Positions 37,273 through 49,225 are shown, counted from the stretch's first letter. The stretch is DNA of 64,000 nt from Heteronotia binoei (GCF_032191835.1 NC_083237.1:19902001-19966000); one strand, 5' to 3'. Translations and numbers: made by a program. The notes: generated by a model from the sequence alone, not told the origin.

Positions 37273-37350
37273 CTGAAGCTTCGGGTCTGTCCCCTGGAGT
37301 TTGTGCAGCTTTCCCCCTTGCTTGGCTCTATTTCTCTCTCCAGTTGCTTT
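37273..37350 (-). other. Predicted non-coding exon 1 of RNase-c (5' boundary approximate)
   Basis: Donor CTTCAG|GTGAGC at 37272; its context aligns with the equivalent donor upstream of RNase-e at 63962. Confidence 0.55.
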
Positions 37351-39111
37351 TCCTCCTCTGTTTTGCGCACACTGCGATATAGGGAGAAGCAATCAAGTTC
37401 TGGGAAAATCCAACGTGTTTTGCAATCTGGACCTCCTGGGATGATGGGAGGCTCCATTGCAAAAAAAAAAGGGGGGTGAGAGGGGTTGGAAGTGTTATAA
37501 GCAAACAACTGTCAGAGCATTTGCTGGCTCAGAGAACTTTGGCACTAAGACAACCTGGATCGACTTTTAAAGATTCTTTTTCGGCAATTTTGGCAGAGGG
37601 AAAATTGCTCCAGCTAAATTTGGCAGGGCGACAGCCTTCCTGTTGGTGGAATGGGCCCAGCCCAAAATGATCCTTTGCAGAGAGGGAAAAAAAATCTAAA
37701 ATTAACAAGACTTTTGCTCTACTTTTCCAAACAGAACAGAACATCTGGAATTGCTGGCACTGGGAAAACTGCATTGGCCAATTGCTTCGATTACACTGAC
37801 CTTGTCTGCCGGCCAAGCTAGGAGGGCTGAGGGGGGAGTGGAGAGTTCCTTGCTGCTTTTTTAACAAAACAAAGAACAGTGTGAACAACCTGTACAGCAT
37901 TCCTGAGCCAAGCGCTGCCTCTGAGCGACTGAAGTCTGATCTTCCAGCAGAAGAAGCCACCTCTGCCTTTGAAACGGGACTCTCTCATCACGACATCAGC
38001 CTGCGGCAGTCTCAGCTTCACCTTCCCTGTACAAGTCTGCACTTGTGTGAATTCAAGCTCATGTCTGCACCATGAGCTCTGCAAAATGGACCCTTGTTTG
38101 AGCTTGACTGTACTTTGCTTATTGAGGGTGTTTTTACATTCCGTTTGATCCAGAGTTTTAGAGTCTTCAAATCGTCTGCTACTGTTCCGCTTTAATTATT
38201 TTCCTTTTACATTAAAGCGTTTCAATTTGGGGGGGGGGGAGGTGTCTCTGATCAGAGGGCAGCCGGAATACCAGTGCTTAGTTAAATGTATACGATTGCT
38301 TGGAAATTGTGTCAACACTGCAAAAACAATACACATTTAAATTACTAGATGAGGCAAGCAATGATATGTAAAAATTTCAAGTGCTGTCAGTTCTCATGCA
38401 AATTACTGCACCTTGTGGTGGCTTTTGGAGGAGTCTTTTAAAACGCATGAAAACTCCTACAATACAAGTTTGAAATGCCTGTAGAGAAAAGACCAGATCA
38501 AAACTAGTGTGGAGAAAAAATAGTTGCAGCAGCAGCTCCAAAACTCATCTCACCGAAACGAATTTAGATGCTTCGGGCAGCAACGATGCAAAGCAGTTGT
38601 GGGAACGTTAGGTAATGTAAAAGATGAGTTTCCAATGCGGTGATAGAGAGTCACAAACTGTCAGTGTAAAAACACCCTGATAAGAACAGCACACTGGTGG
38701 GAACTGCCAAAGGCTGCCAACTCTGGGTTGGGAAATTCTTGGAAATGTGGGGGTGGAGCCTGGGGAAGGCAGGGTTTGGGGAGGGGAGGGAGCTCAGAGA
38801 GGGTTGCCAGCTCTGGGTTGGGAAATGCCAGGAGATTTGGGGAGTGCAGCCTGGGGAGGGGGGGACACCAGCAGTGTCTGATGCCAGAGAGTCCTCCCGC
38901 CAAAGAAGCATTTTTCTCTGGGGGAATTGATCTTGGTTGTTTGGAGATCCAGTGTAATCACAGATGATCTCCAGGTCCCACCTGGAGGCTGGCAAGGCTG
39001 GGTTCAGCTGGGCATAATGCCATAGAGTCCACTTTCCAAAGCAGGCATTTTCTCCAGGAAAATTGATTTCTGTCATCTTGAGATCAATTGTGATTCTGGG
39101 AGATCTTCATG

Positions 39112-39300
39112 GGGAGGGACGGTGGCTCAGTGGTAAGCAGAAGGTCCCCGGTTCAATCCCCGGCATCTCCAGCGAAAAAGGGTCCAGGCAAAATAGACAT
39201 GAAAAACCTCAGCTTCAGAGCCTGGAGAGTCGCTGCCAGTCTTAGACAATACTGACATTGATGGACCGAGGGTTTGATTCCGTATAAGCCAGTTTCATTT
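39112..39300 (+). mobile_element. Squam3-like tRNA-derived SINE (other copies at about 232-425 + and 57445-57615 -)
   Basis: GGTGGCTCAGTGG...GGTTCAATCCC Pol III boxes followed by a shared body. Confidence 0.7.
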
Positions 39301-39448
39301 GTTGATGCCCCACTGGAGGTTGGGAGCCCTAGATGAGCACAGGGTACCCATTTCATTTCTTTTTATATTTTGTCAATGATTTGGGGGATTTTGTTTTGTT
39401 TTGTTTTTGTTACTGAGAGCCAGCATAGCACTTAAAGCATGATCTTCT

Positions 39449-39856
39449 TGTTGGTGTAATGAATCTATGTAAACCCAGTCTGACAGCTATGCTTTGACAG
39501 CTGGTGATCTAGCAGGCATGCTAGGTCACAATGACCTTATCAGCAGGCCGGTTTGAGCCGGCAGAAGCCAAGAGAAGAAACCTGCTGAGTCAGCATGACA
39601 GTGCCCAGCCAGGATTGGCTGGTAGAACTATAAGAAGACTGTGTGTGGAACACACAGGTCTCTCTCTGAGAGTTGGTGTGTAGGCGGAGCATTTTGTCTG
39701 TTAGAGTAAGATATTGGACTGCACTAGTGAGCACTTATTGTATATATCTGTAAATACACTATTTTGGCACTAGTTGCAGGTGTCTGGCTGATTTCTTTCC
39801 TGGAGCCCTGTGTCGGGCAAGTCACCAAGCTCACTCTGCTAACTCCCGCACCAACA
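39449..39856. mobile_element. Solo LTR (408 bp)
   Basis: Ends TGTTGGTG...CACCAACA (8-bp inverted termini, TG/CA); perfect 5-bp TSD CTTCT at 39444-39448 and 39857-39861. Confidence 0.85.
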
Positions 39857-40729
39857 CTTCTTGGGACACTTCTGAGCCTACCTCACAGGGTAGTGAGTTT
39901 CCCCCCCCCCCTACGTAGTGTGATTGAGAGAGCCTGGCAAAGCTCTCTTCCTTTTCAAGAGAGGAGCCTCAGCCAATGGAGAAAATAGAGGTTTTGCTCT
40001 GTAGCTCCTGTGCGGTTGAACAGGCCTTGCAAAGCAAGCTGTGATGCAGAAGGAAGCAAGAGAGAGGGAGAAGGAAGCAGAGGACAGCCAGTTGCTCGGG
40101 GGCCTGATTCGGCCCCAGGGATGCATGTTTGACACCCCTGGTCTAAAACAACTGCATAACCCTATCGTATTTTGTTGGTGAGATTGCATCACGTAGGTAG
40201 CTTTCTGTTAGTTGTTTAAAGATAAACTCTCAACAGCTGTTCAAGACCACTAGGCTTAATGAAAAGTAATAGAAAAGAAAGATATGAATTTTTTTTTTAA
40301 AGTAGGGTTGCCAGCCTCCAGGCGGGTAATATCAAGTGAACTCACTGTGCTAGCAAATTATGATGTCTATTAAATAGTATACAATTCTTTACAGTTTTGC
40401 AAACCCCTCAATATTTTACACAACAGCTTTATGATAACACCAGTGTAACAGACACTTAACAAGGGTCTCAAACAATTTTCCAAAAGAGCTGTGACGATGC
40501 TATATGAGCGTGTGACTTCAATGCGGTTGCAGCGCTTGCAAAAATTCTCTCAGTATTTGTTCCCCTGAATGTCTGCACGGTCCGTTTTGGTCCTTTCTCA
40601 AAGGGATGTGGATTCTTTGAGTTTGCGTTGTCTTTAGTGGCATCCTCTGTCTTTCCCCACCATGTTTCAATGCACTGACCAGCTCAATTAATCACGCTCC
40701 ACTTATCCTTCTTTTAGTACAGACGACAG

Positions 40730-41435
40730 TCACCTCAAGAATAGATCACTGTAATGTTCTCTTCATGGGGCTACCCTTGATGCTGACTCGGAAACTGCAG
40801 CTAGGTGCAGAACGCTGCGGCACGGCTGTTAATGGGGCTCCTTCAATGGGAGCACATTCGGCCACTGCTGAAAGAGCTGCACTGGCTACCTATTGTGTTC
40901 CAAGTCCTTTTCAAAATGTTGGTATTGACCTTTAAAGCCCTTTATGGTCAGGGACCTGTCTATCTGCGGGACCACCTTTCTCCACAGATTCCCCAGAGAG
41001 CACTGAGTTCAGGGACAAAAAAATCTATTGTCCATCCCTGGACCAAAGGAAGCTACGTTGCATTTGACGCAAGCTAGGGCCTTCTCGGTGGCAGCACCAG
41101 AATTGTGGAATGCTCTCCCGGAGGCCATAAGGGCCCTGTGGGATCTCTCCACTTTCTGCAGGGCCTGTAAGACCGAATTGTTTCGACAGGCCTTTGATAT
41201 CTAACCAGGAGAGAACTGCCACCCGACATTATATAGAGTACTAGGTGATCACCGTCTGGAAAGAAAAACCCGCCTACATTGTATATTGTAGCGATACAGC
41301 ACCATGAAATGGTTTTTAGAAAATTTAAAAATTGTAATTATATTTTATTGGTTTTTATTGATTTTTAACTTGTGAAAATGAATGTTGCTAGCTGCCCCGA
41401 GTCCACTTGCGGAGAGGGCGGGATAGAAATTTAAT
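40730..41435 (+). mobile_element. L2-clade LINE 3' fragment
   Basis: SRIDHCN...LQL(V)QNAAARLL...LKELHWLP is typical of the L2 RT C-terminus. Confidence 0.85.
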
Positions 41436-41439
41436 GTGT

Positions 41440-44400
41440 CTCGGCTTGGCTTCGCGAACGAAGATTTAAGAAGGGTGCAATAGTCCACGTTTGCTGCAGG
41501 CTCGCTGGTGGCTGACAAGACCAATGTGGGACAGGCAGGTCCGGCCACAGCGGCTGCAGGGAAAAGTCTGATTTGGGGTTGGTGCTGTAGCAGTGCGATT
41601 CTTCCTCAATCTCCTTTTGTCCTCAAGACCAGCTATGCGTGTGTTCTCAAAGGAAGAGACAGCCTGGTGGATGGTGTGCCTCCATGCTTTGCGATCTGAG
41701 GCTAGGTCAGACCACTGGTGATGGTTGATGTGACAGGTGCTAAGGGATTTCTTCAAGGAGTCCTTGTACCTCTTCTTTGGTGCCCCTCTATTTCGATGGC
41801 CGGTGGAGAGTTCGCCATACAGGGCAATCTTGGGAAGGCGGTGGTTTTCCATCCTAGAAATATGCCCTGCCCAGCGCAGCTGCGTCTTCAACAGCAGTGC
41901 CTCGATGCTGGTAACCTCTGCCCGCTTGAGGACTTCAGTGTTGGTCACAAAGTCACTCCAGTGGATGTTGAGGATGGTGCGAAGGCAGCGCTGATGAAAG
42001 CGCTCAAGGAGTCGCAGGTGATGACGGTATAAAACCCACGATTCGGAGCCATAGATGAGGGTTGTCATCACAACCGCTTTGTAAACATTGATCTTTGTGC
42101 CTTTTTTCAGATGCTTGTTGCTCCACACTCTTTTGTGCAGTCGGCCAAATGCACGGTTTGCCTTTGCCAGCCTGTTGTCAATCTCCTTGTCGATCTTGGC
42201 ATCTGAGGAGATGATGCACCCTAGGTAGCTGAACTGCTGGACTGTCTTCAGAACTGATTCACCCACAGTGATGCAGGGAGGGTGATAAACTTCCTGGGGT
42301 GCAGGCTGGTGGAGAACTTCTGTCTTCTTCAGACTAACTTCTAGGCCGAATAGCTTGGCAGCCTCTGCAAAGCAGGACGTCATATGCTGCAGAGCTGATA
42401 CCGAGTGGGAGACGAGTGCAGCATCATCAGCAAACAGTAGCTCTCGGATGAGTTTTTCCATTGTCTTGGAGTGGGCCTTTAGTCGCCTCAGGTTGAACAG
42501 GCTGCCATCGGTGCGATAGCGGATGTAGACACCATCGTCCTCATCTAGATCTACTGCGGCTCTTTGAAGCATCATGCTAAAGAAAATCGTAAAGAGAGTT
42601 GGCGCGAGAACGCAGCCTTGCTTTACACCTGTGCCTATTGGGAAGGGCTCCGAGAGGTCGTTGCAGTGTCTGACTTGGCCTCGCTGGTCTTCGTGTAGCT
42701 GGATGATCATGCTGAGGAACCTTGGGGGACATCCTAAACGTTCCAAGATTTGCCACAGGCCTTTCCTGCTAACGGTATCGAAAGCTTTGGTAAGGTCGAC
42801 AAAAGTCACATACAGACCCTTGTTCTGTTCCCTGCATTTCTCTTGGAGCTGCCTGAGAACAAATACCATGTCGGTGGTGCTCCTGTTAGCTCTGAAGCCG
42901 CACTGGCTCTCTGGGAGGAGTTCTTCTGCAATGGTGGGCACCAGTCTGTTCAGGAGTATTCTGGCAAGGATTTTGCCTGCGATGGAGAGCAGGGTTATCC
43001 CCCGGTAGTTGGAGCAGTCTGACTTTTCCCCTTTGTTCTTGTATAGGGTGATGATGATTGCATCACGAAAGTCCTGTGGTAATTTGCCTTGTTCCCAGCA
43101 GGTGACAAGTACTTTGTGAAGTGAGCTATGTAGTACTGTGCCCCCATGCTTCCAGATCTCTGGTGGAATTCCATCAACTCCTGCTGCCTTGCCACTTTTC
43201 AGTTGCTTGATGGCTTTAACAGTCTCTTCTAGGGTGGGGATCTCATCCAACTCTGTTTTCACCGGTTGAAGTGGGGTGAGGTGGATTGCTGAATCTTGAA
43301 CTACGCGGTTGGCACTGAAGAGAACCTGAAAATACTCCGACCACCGGTTCAGTATGGATGCCTTGTCTGTGAGGAGCACTTGGCCGTCTGCACTATGCAA
43401 GGGACTCTGAGCCTGATATGATGGACCATATACTGCCTTCAGGGCTTCGTAGAACCCTCTTAAATCACCAGTGTCTGCACACAGCTGGGTTCTCTCTGCA
43501 AGCTTGGTCCACCACTCGTTCTGAATGTCTCGAAGCTTGCGCTGGAGGTTGCTACATGCAGCGCGAAAGGTTGCTTTTTTCCCAGGACAGGAGTGCTGAG
43601 CAAGATGTGCTTGGTAGGCAGATCTCTTTTTTGCCAGTAATTCTTGGATCTCTTGATTGTTCTCATCAAACCAGTCCTTGTTCTTCCTTGTGGAGAACCC
43701 GAGGACTTCTTCAGAGATCTGCAGGACGGTAGTTTTTAGGTGTTCCCAGAGTGCTTCTGGAGAAGGGTCTGTGGGGCAACTGAGGTCCTCAATTCTTGAC
43801 TGGAGTTTTGCCTGGAAGGCAGCTTTAACTTCGGCTGACTGGAGGCTGCCAACCTGAAACTTCCTCCGAGGGATACCTCCTCTCCTGGGTGTGGGTTTAA
43901 AGTGAAGACGGAGATTGCAGCGTACAAGACGATGATCCGTATGACATTCTGCGCTGGGCATTACTCGGGTGTGTAAGACATCTCGAAGGTCTCTCTGGCG
44001 CACCAGAATGTAGTCGATAAGGTGCCAATGCTTGGACCGTGGGTGCATCCAGGTTGTCTTCAGACTGTTCTTCTGCTGGAAGATAGTGTTGGTGATGGTG
44101 AGCTGGTGCTCCATGCAGAATTCTAGCAGGAGGCGCCCGTTGTCATTGCAGTTGCCAATGCCGTGTTTGCCAAGTACTCCTTTCCAGGCTTCCGAGTCTT
44201 TACCTACTCTGGCATTGAAGTCGCCAAGGATGATCACCTTGTCCTCTGTAGGGGTCTTCCGTACAAGGTTGCGTAGATCAGCATAGAACTTGTTCTTTTC
44301 TGCAGGATCTGCTTGAAGGGTTGGGGCATACACACTGAAGAGTGTTGCATGCTGCTTGTTTTGAAGTGGGAGGCGCATGGACATGATGCGATCTGAGTGA

Positions 44401-45119
44401 CCTGTTGGAAGGTTTTCGAGTTTGGAGGCGATGGAGTTCCTGACCATGAAGCCAACGCCTGAAAGGCGGCTCTCAGCCTTTGACTTACCCGACCAGTAGA
44501 GGGTATAGCCAGCACCGTGTTCTTGAAGACTACCTTCCTCAGGGAAACGGACCTCACTGAGAGCTGCTATGTCGATATTCAACCTGAGAAGTTCGTGGGC
44601 AACTAGAGCAGAGCGTCGTTCAGGGCGACCACTGCCTACTGTGTCAAGCATGGTTCTGATGTTCCAACACGCAAGCTTTAGTCTTTGCACACTTTGTGAG
44701 GCAGGTGCATGCCTTTTCTTTGTTGTTATTTTTCGACCGCAAGTAAGGATGCCCGTTGACCGCGGCTAGCCAACTGGGGTGGGGGAGACGAGCTTTGTTT
44801 AGGCCACCTTTTCTAGGCCCCTCTCCGTGTGGAGCAAGCAGTGCTGTCCCTAGATAAGGCTGCTTGGTCGTTCAGGGTGCTGCCGAAAGATGCTTTCGTC
44901 TCCGGGTTAGCATCAGGCGACCAATATCCTGAACCGCCTACATGCAGGATCGGGACTGCGGCTTCCAGTGGCACCTTCCACCTGCCGTTTCGCCCCTTGC
45001 CTATCGCTGCAGGACTTGATGCGTTGTGAGTTGTGTGTGTGGATATGCCCTTCAGGCCTGCGCAGAGGAATTTTTTAGGTGAAGCGCAGTGTGCGCGGTA
45101 CTGGCTCCACCCTTTCACC
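41440..45119 (-). mobile_element. Full-length RTE-clade LINE (about 3.7 kb)
   Basis: Single long ORF, about 350-bp structured 5' UTR, short 3' tail ...TTCGCGAAGCCAAGCC; inserted at the 3' tail of an L2 fragment. No clear TSD seen. Confidence 0.93.
41466..44690 (-). CDS. RTE polyprotein: AP endonuclease, reverse transcriptase, C-terminal C2H2 finger (1074 aa, uninterrupted)
   Basis: WNIRT, ILGDFNAR, TDHRLV (endonuclease); YRGITLL, QCGFR, DLTKAFD, GVKQGCVLAPTLF, LFADD (RT); CSRCGRTCLSHIGLVSHQRAC. Confidence 0.97.
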   Translation of the reverse strand: MQRLKLACWNIRTMLDTVGSGRPERRSALVAHELLRLNIDIAALSEVRFPEEGSLQEHGAGYTLYWSGKSKAESRLSGVGFMVRNSIASKLENLPTGHSDRIMSMRLPLQNKQHATLFSVYAPTLQADPAEKNKFYADLRNLVRKTPTEDKVIILGDFNARVGKDSEAWKGVLGKHGIGNCNDNGRLLLEFCMEHQLTITNTIFQQKNSLKTTWMHPRSKHWHLIDYILVRQRDLRDVLHTRVMPSAECHTDHRLVRCNLRLHFKPTPRRGGIPRRKFQVGSLQSAEVKAAFQAKLQSRIEDLSCPTDPSPEALWEHLKTTVLQISEEVLGFSTRKNKDWFDENNQEIQELLAKKRSAYQAHLAQHSCPGKKATFRAACSNLQRKLRDIQNEWWTKLAERTQLCADTGDLRGFYEALKAVYGPSYQAQSPLHSADGQVLLTDKASILNRWSEYFQVLFSANRVVQDSAIHLTPLQPVKTELDEIPTLEETVKAIKQLKSGKAAGVDGIPPEIWKHGGTVLHSSLHKVLVTCWEQGKLPQDFRDAIIITLYKNKGEKSDCSNYRGITLLSIAGKILARILLNRLVPTIAEELLPESQCGFRANRSTTDMVFVLRQLQEKCREQNKGLYVTFVDLTKAFDTVSRKGLWQILERLGCPPRFLSMIIQLHEDQRGQVRHCNDLSEPFPIGTGVKQGCVLAPTLFTIFFSMMLQRAAVDLDEDDGVYIRYRTDGSLFNLRRLKAHSKTMEKLIRELLFADDAALVSHSVSALQHMTSCFAEAAKLFGLEVSLKKTEVLHQPAPQEVYHPPCITVGESVLKTVQQFSYLGCIISSDAKIDKEIDNRLAKANRAFGRLHKRVWSNKHLKKGTKINVYKAVVMTTLIYGSESWVLYRHHLRLLERFHQRCLRTILNIHWSDFVTNTEVLKRAEVTSIEALLLKTQLRWAGHISRMENHRLPKIALYGELSTGHRNRGAPKKRYKDSLKKSLSTCHINHHQWSDLASDRKAWRHTIHQAVSSFENTRIAGLEDKRRLRKNRTATAPTPNQTFPCSRCGRTCLSHIGLVSHQRACSKRGLLHPS

Positions 45120-46285
45120 AATACATCATAATTCAAGTACTCTGCTCACGGTTCTGTATGCACAATGGCATGTTCCTCCAAGTGGAGATCTCCTGGAATC
45201 ACAACTGATCTTCAAACTATAGAGAGCAGTTTCCCTGGAGAAAATGGCTGCTTTGGAGGCAGACTCTCTGGCATTATACCCTGCCCAGTCCCCTCCCTTT
45301 CCCAGTCTTCCTTCCCCAGGTTCTACTTCCCAGATCTCCAGGAATTGCTCAACGCAGAGCTGGCAACCTTAACTGTGGGTCAACATTCCCTCTAAGCTGT
45401 GAAATCTTGTGAGCAGAAATTCTACTTCGTGAGCTACTAGCATTATAGTTGTGAGCTACGGGCATTAAAGTTGTGAGCTACTGCATAAATCAGTGTGCTC
45501 TCGGGGTCATCCTTTCTGAGCTATAGGGTTGCCAATCCCCAGGTGATAGAGAAATCCAAAGCACAAGGCTTTCCGTGAAAACCAGCCTCCGTACAACCAA
45601 CAAACTCACTAAACAATACAAGAATACAAAAGCATCTATTAGTTCATGAAAGACCATACAATTAGTCCTTAACAAAATAGGGAACGTGTTCATCAAGAAT
45701 CGATCCAGTCTTTATAGCAATCATTGTTCAGTTCATTCCAAGGAATCCTGGTGAAATAGTTGCGCAGATGATCAATGTCTCTACAGCAATGTAACTACAG
45801 CAGGTGTTGCTCCTGTTGACGTGGTTCTGGCCAAGCTGGGTCGAAGGGGACTAGAAAGCCTTCCTTCTTTTTTTTGCTGTCCAGTCACAGCTGACTTATG
45901 GTGACCCCTGGTTGGGTTTCCGAGACAAGAAAGGTGCAAAGGTGGTTTGCCATTGCTTGCCTCCAGGTCAGCACCCTGGTATTCTTTGGTGGTCTCCAGT
46001 GTTCTCTCTAAGCTGAGCTAGTGCGAGCTAGCTCAAAGTTTTTTAGCCTCTGGCTCACATATTTTTGTCTTAGCTCAGGGAAAATGGTCCCAGGGCAAAC
46101 TAATTTATGCAGTAGCCTTGTGCTTTGGATTTCTCTGCCTATAATTGCCATGATTCTTTTTGTGGGTTGCACAATTCCCAGGTGGGGGCAGGGGATCCCC
46201 CCCACTTCAGGGTAATAAAAAAGCAAGGGGAGGGCAGGGAAATGTCTGCTGGCAACTCTATTATTCCCTATGGAGACATTCCCAT

Positions 46286-47441
46286 AGGAACATAAGAACA
46301 TAAGAGAAGCCATGTTGGATCAGGCCAGTGGCCCATCCAGTCCAACACTCTGTGTCACACAGTGGCCAAAATTTTTTATTTATACACACACACACACACA
46401 CACACATATATACACACACACTGTGGCTAATAGCCACTGATGGACCTCTGCTCCATATTTTTATCTAACCCCCTCTTGAAGCTGGCTATGCTTGTAGCCG
46501 CCACCACCTCCTGTGGCAGTGAATTTCACATGTTAATCACCCTTTGGGTGAAGAAGTACCTCCTTTTATCTGTTCTAACCCGACTGCTCAGCAATTTCAT
46601 TGAATGCCCACGAGTTCTTGTATTGTGAGAAAGCGAGAAAAGTTCTTCTTTTCCATCCCATGCATTATTTTGTAAACCTCTTATCATGTCACCCCGCAGT
46701 CGACGTTTCTCCAAGCTAAAGAGCCCCAAGCGTTTCAACCTTTCTTCATAGGGAAAGTGTTCCAAACCTTTAATCATTCTAGTTGCCCTTTTCTGCACTT
46801 TTTCCAATGCTATGAAATTCTTTTTGAAGTGCGGCGACCAGAATTGCACACAGTATTCCAAATGAGACCGCACCATCGATTTATACAGGGGCATTACGAT
46901 ACTGGCTGATTGTTTTCATTTCCCTTCCTAATAATTCCCATCATGGTGTTGGCCTTTTTTATTGCAATTGCACACTGTCTTGACATTTTCAGTGAGTTAT
47001 CTACCACAACCCCAAGATCTCTCTCTTGGTCAGTCTCTGCCAGTTCACACCCCATCAACTTGTATTTGTAGCTGGGATTCTTGGCCCCAATGTGCATTAC
47101 TTTGCACTTGGCCACATTGAACCTCATCTGCCACGTTGACGCCCACTCACCCAGCCTCAACAGATCCCTTTGGAGTTCCTCATAATCCTCTCTGGTTCTC
47201 ACCACCCTGAACAATTTAGTGTCATCTGCAAACTTGGCCACTTCACTGCTTACTCTCAACTCCAAATCATTTATGAACAAGTTAAAGAGCATGGGGCGCA
47301 GTACTGAGCCCTGCGGCACTCCACTGCTTACCGTCCTCCACTGCGAAGACTGCCCATTTATACTCACTCTCTGCTTCCTATTAATTAGCCAGTTTTTGAT
47401 CCACAAGAGGACCTGTCCTTTTACTCCATGACTCTCGAGCT
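46286..47441 (-). mobile_element. 5'-truncated CR1 LINE (3' part of RT plus tail)
   Basis: SGVPQGSVL, LFNLFINDL, KFADDTKL, HLEYCVQFWSP; (CATAAGAA)n tail at about 46286-46305. Confidence 0.92.
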
Positions 47442-49225
47442 GGAGAATAATGGAGAATTGATCTGCGAGTATCTGGGGCTCTTGTAAGGCTGTTTTTTGA
47501 GATAGAAGCACCACATTTTCAGTATAGCATCCAGTGCCTCTCCCCAAAATACCCCACAAGTTTCACGAAGATTGGACCAGGAGGTCCAATTCTACAAGCC
47601 CCCAAAGAAGGTGACCCTATCCTTCATTATTTCCTATGGAAAGGAGGCATTTAAAAAGGTGTGTGGTCCCTTTAAATGTGATGGCCAGAACTCCCTTCAG
47701 AGTTCAATTATGATTGTCACACCCTTGCTCCTGGCTCCACCCCCAATGTCTCCTGGCTCCACCCCCAATGTCTCCTGGCTCCACCCCCAAAGTCCCCAGA
47801 TATTTCTTGAATTGAACTTGGCAACCCTACTGAGCTAAGCCAGAAATGTGTGAGCTGGAGGCTAAAAATCTGTGAGCTAGCTCATGCTAACTCAGCTTAG
47901 AGGGAACACTGTTGTGGGGTTAGCCTCCCTCCCAAATCATAGATGCAGGGTCTGTTTCCTTAAGCCACCAGTGTCACATGGTCACTGTGAGGTTGCTGGG
48001 CAACCCTCAACCAGCTTTGTAAAGGATTCCAAACCTCTGTTGATGATGATGTGTGTGTGTGGGGTGGGGGGGCATGAGAGAGATAATGAATCAGTCAGTT
48101 GTTTCATAGAGCAGGCGAATAAAGTGTACATCAACCGAGTGGCTGGCAAAAGAGACAGGTCTAAAAGGTAAAAGAAGGGAAGGCAAAAATGGAGGAGGAA
48201 GAAAAAGGGTTTAAATGGAAAGCTGGGAAGGCAAAATAGAAAGAGATATATGGATGGATGAGAGAGTGGGAGACAGGTGCTTTCAAGGGGAGAAACAGAA
48301 AAAAACTATAGAATTAAAGGGGCAGGGTTGGAGTATAGGTCCAACCCTGTAGTACAATGTAGTACAAAATGATCCAGGGATCATTTTGTAGAAAAAGAGG
48401 TGCCTGAGCTCATTAGCACAACCCATTTGCATGTGCTGCACATCCCTGACATCACCGGAAGGTGTACGAAATTATATCAGCTCAGCATCTACCTTAAAAT
48501 GCTTCTGGAATGATAATTGTCATCACAAAACCACAGTGTGGCCCCAGTGGCACGATGAAGATTTCCATCTGTCAGCTTCATATGTTTTGGTTATTTTCCC
48601 CATTTTTGTGTGGGGAAAAATATTAGAAAATTTGTCAACTCCTAGAGTTCAGCAAAAATCTCACAGGAGGTTTCAATGGTGGAGCCCAGAAGCAAGTATT
48701 TTTTGGGGGGGAGGGGTAAGAAAGAGCACAATAAAATTTAGAGGCGTGTTATTTTGAGAGTATTATTTTGTGTACACAGACTGGTTCAGAGAGAGGTCTG
48801 TCTTCAGGACTGATCGTTGAGTAATACAAATGGCACATTCCACAGGGATAACTGTCAGGGACAGTCAGAATTACTATCAAAATTAAACAGAATTGCAGTG
48901 ACACTTCCCAGACTTAGTCCAGCAGGAGGTTTTGTGAGTCAGATTTCCCTTCCTCGCTTTTTCTTAATTCTGCTTCTAGCAGGGCTTGCCCTGGACTATC
49001 TGGCACCCTAGGCAAGGCTACATTCTGCCCCTCCAGCCTCCGCAACAGTGGAGGTTGGTGGACAATGATGTCACCAAGTCATGTGGCGGCACCCGTTTCG
49101 GTGCCCTCAGAAGGCCAGTGTCCTAGGCCAGGGGTTCCCATCCCCCGGTCCATGGACCGGTACTGTTAGCAACCCGTGAGTTGTATAGTTATTTCATTAT
49201 GTATTACAATGTAGTAATAATAACA

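Noticed and set aside
40330-40700. hAT transposase remnant
   Set aside because: The resemblance is too faint to support without an HMM search.
44880-45119. Hammerhead or HDV ribozyme in the RTE 5' UTR
   Set aside because: CUGAUGC is not CUGANGA, and the terminal hairpin lacks the P1.1 GG and J4/2 pattern by my reading; a covariance search would settle it.
47730-47795. CRISPR-like 22-bp repeats (CCCCCAATGTCTCCTGGCTCCA)
   Set aside because: Tandem repeats without spacers inside a eukaryotic MITE.
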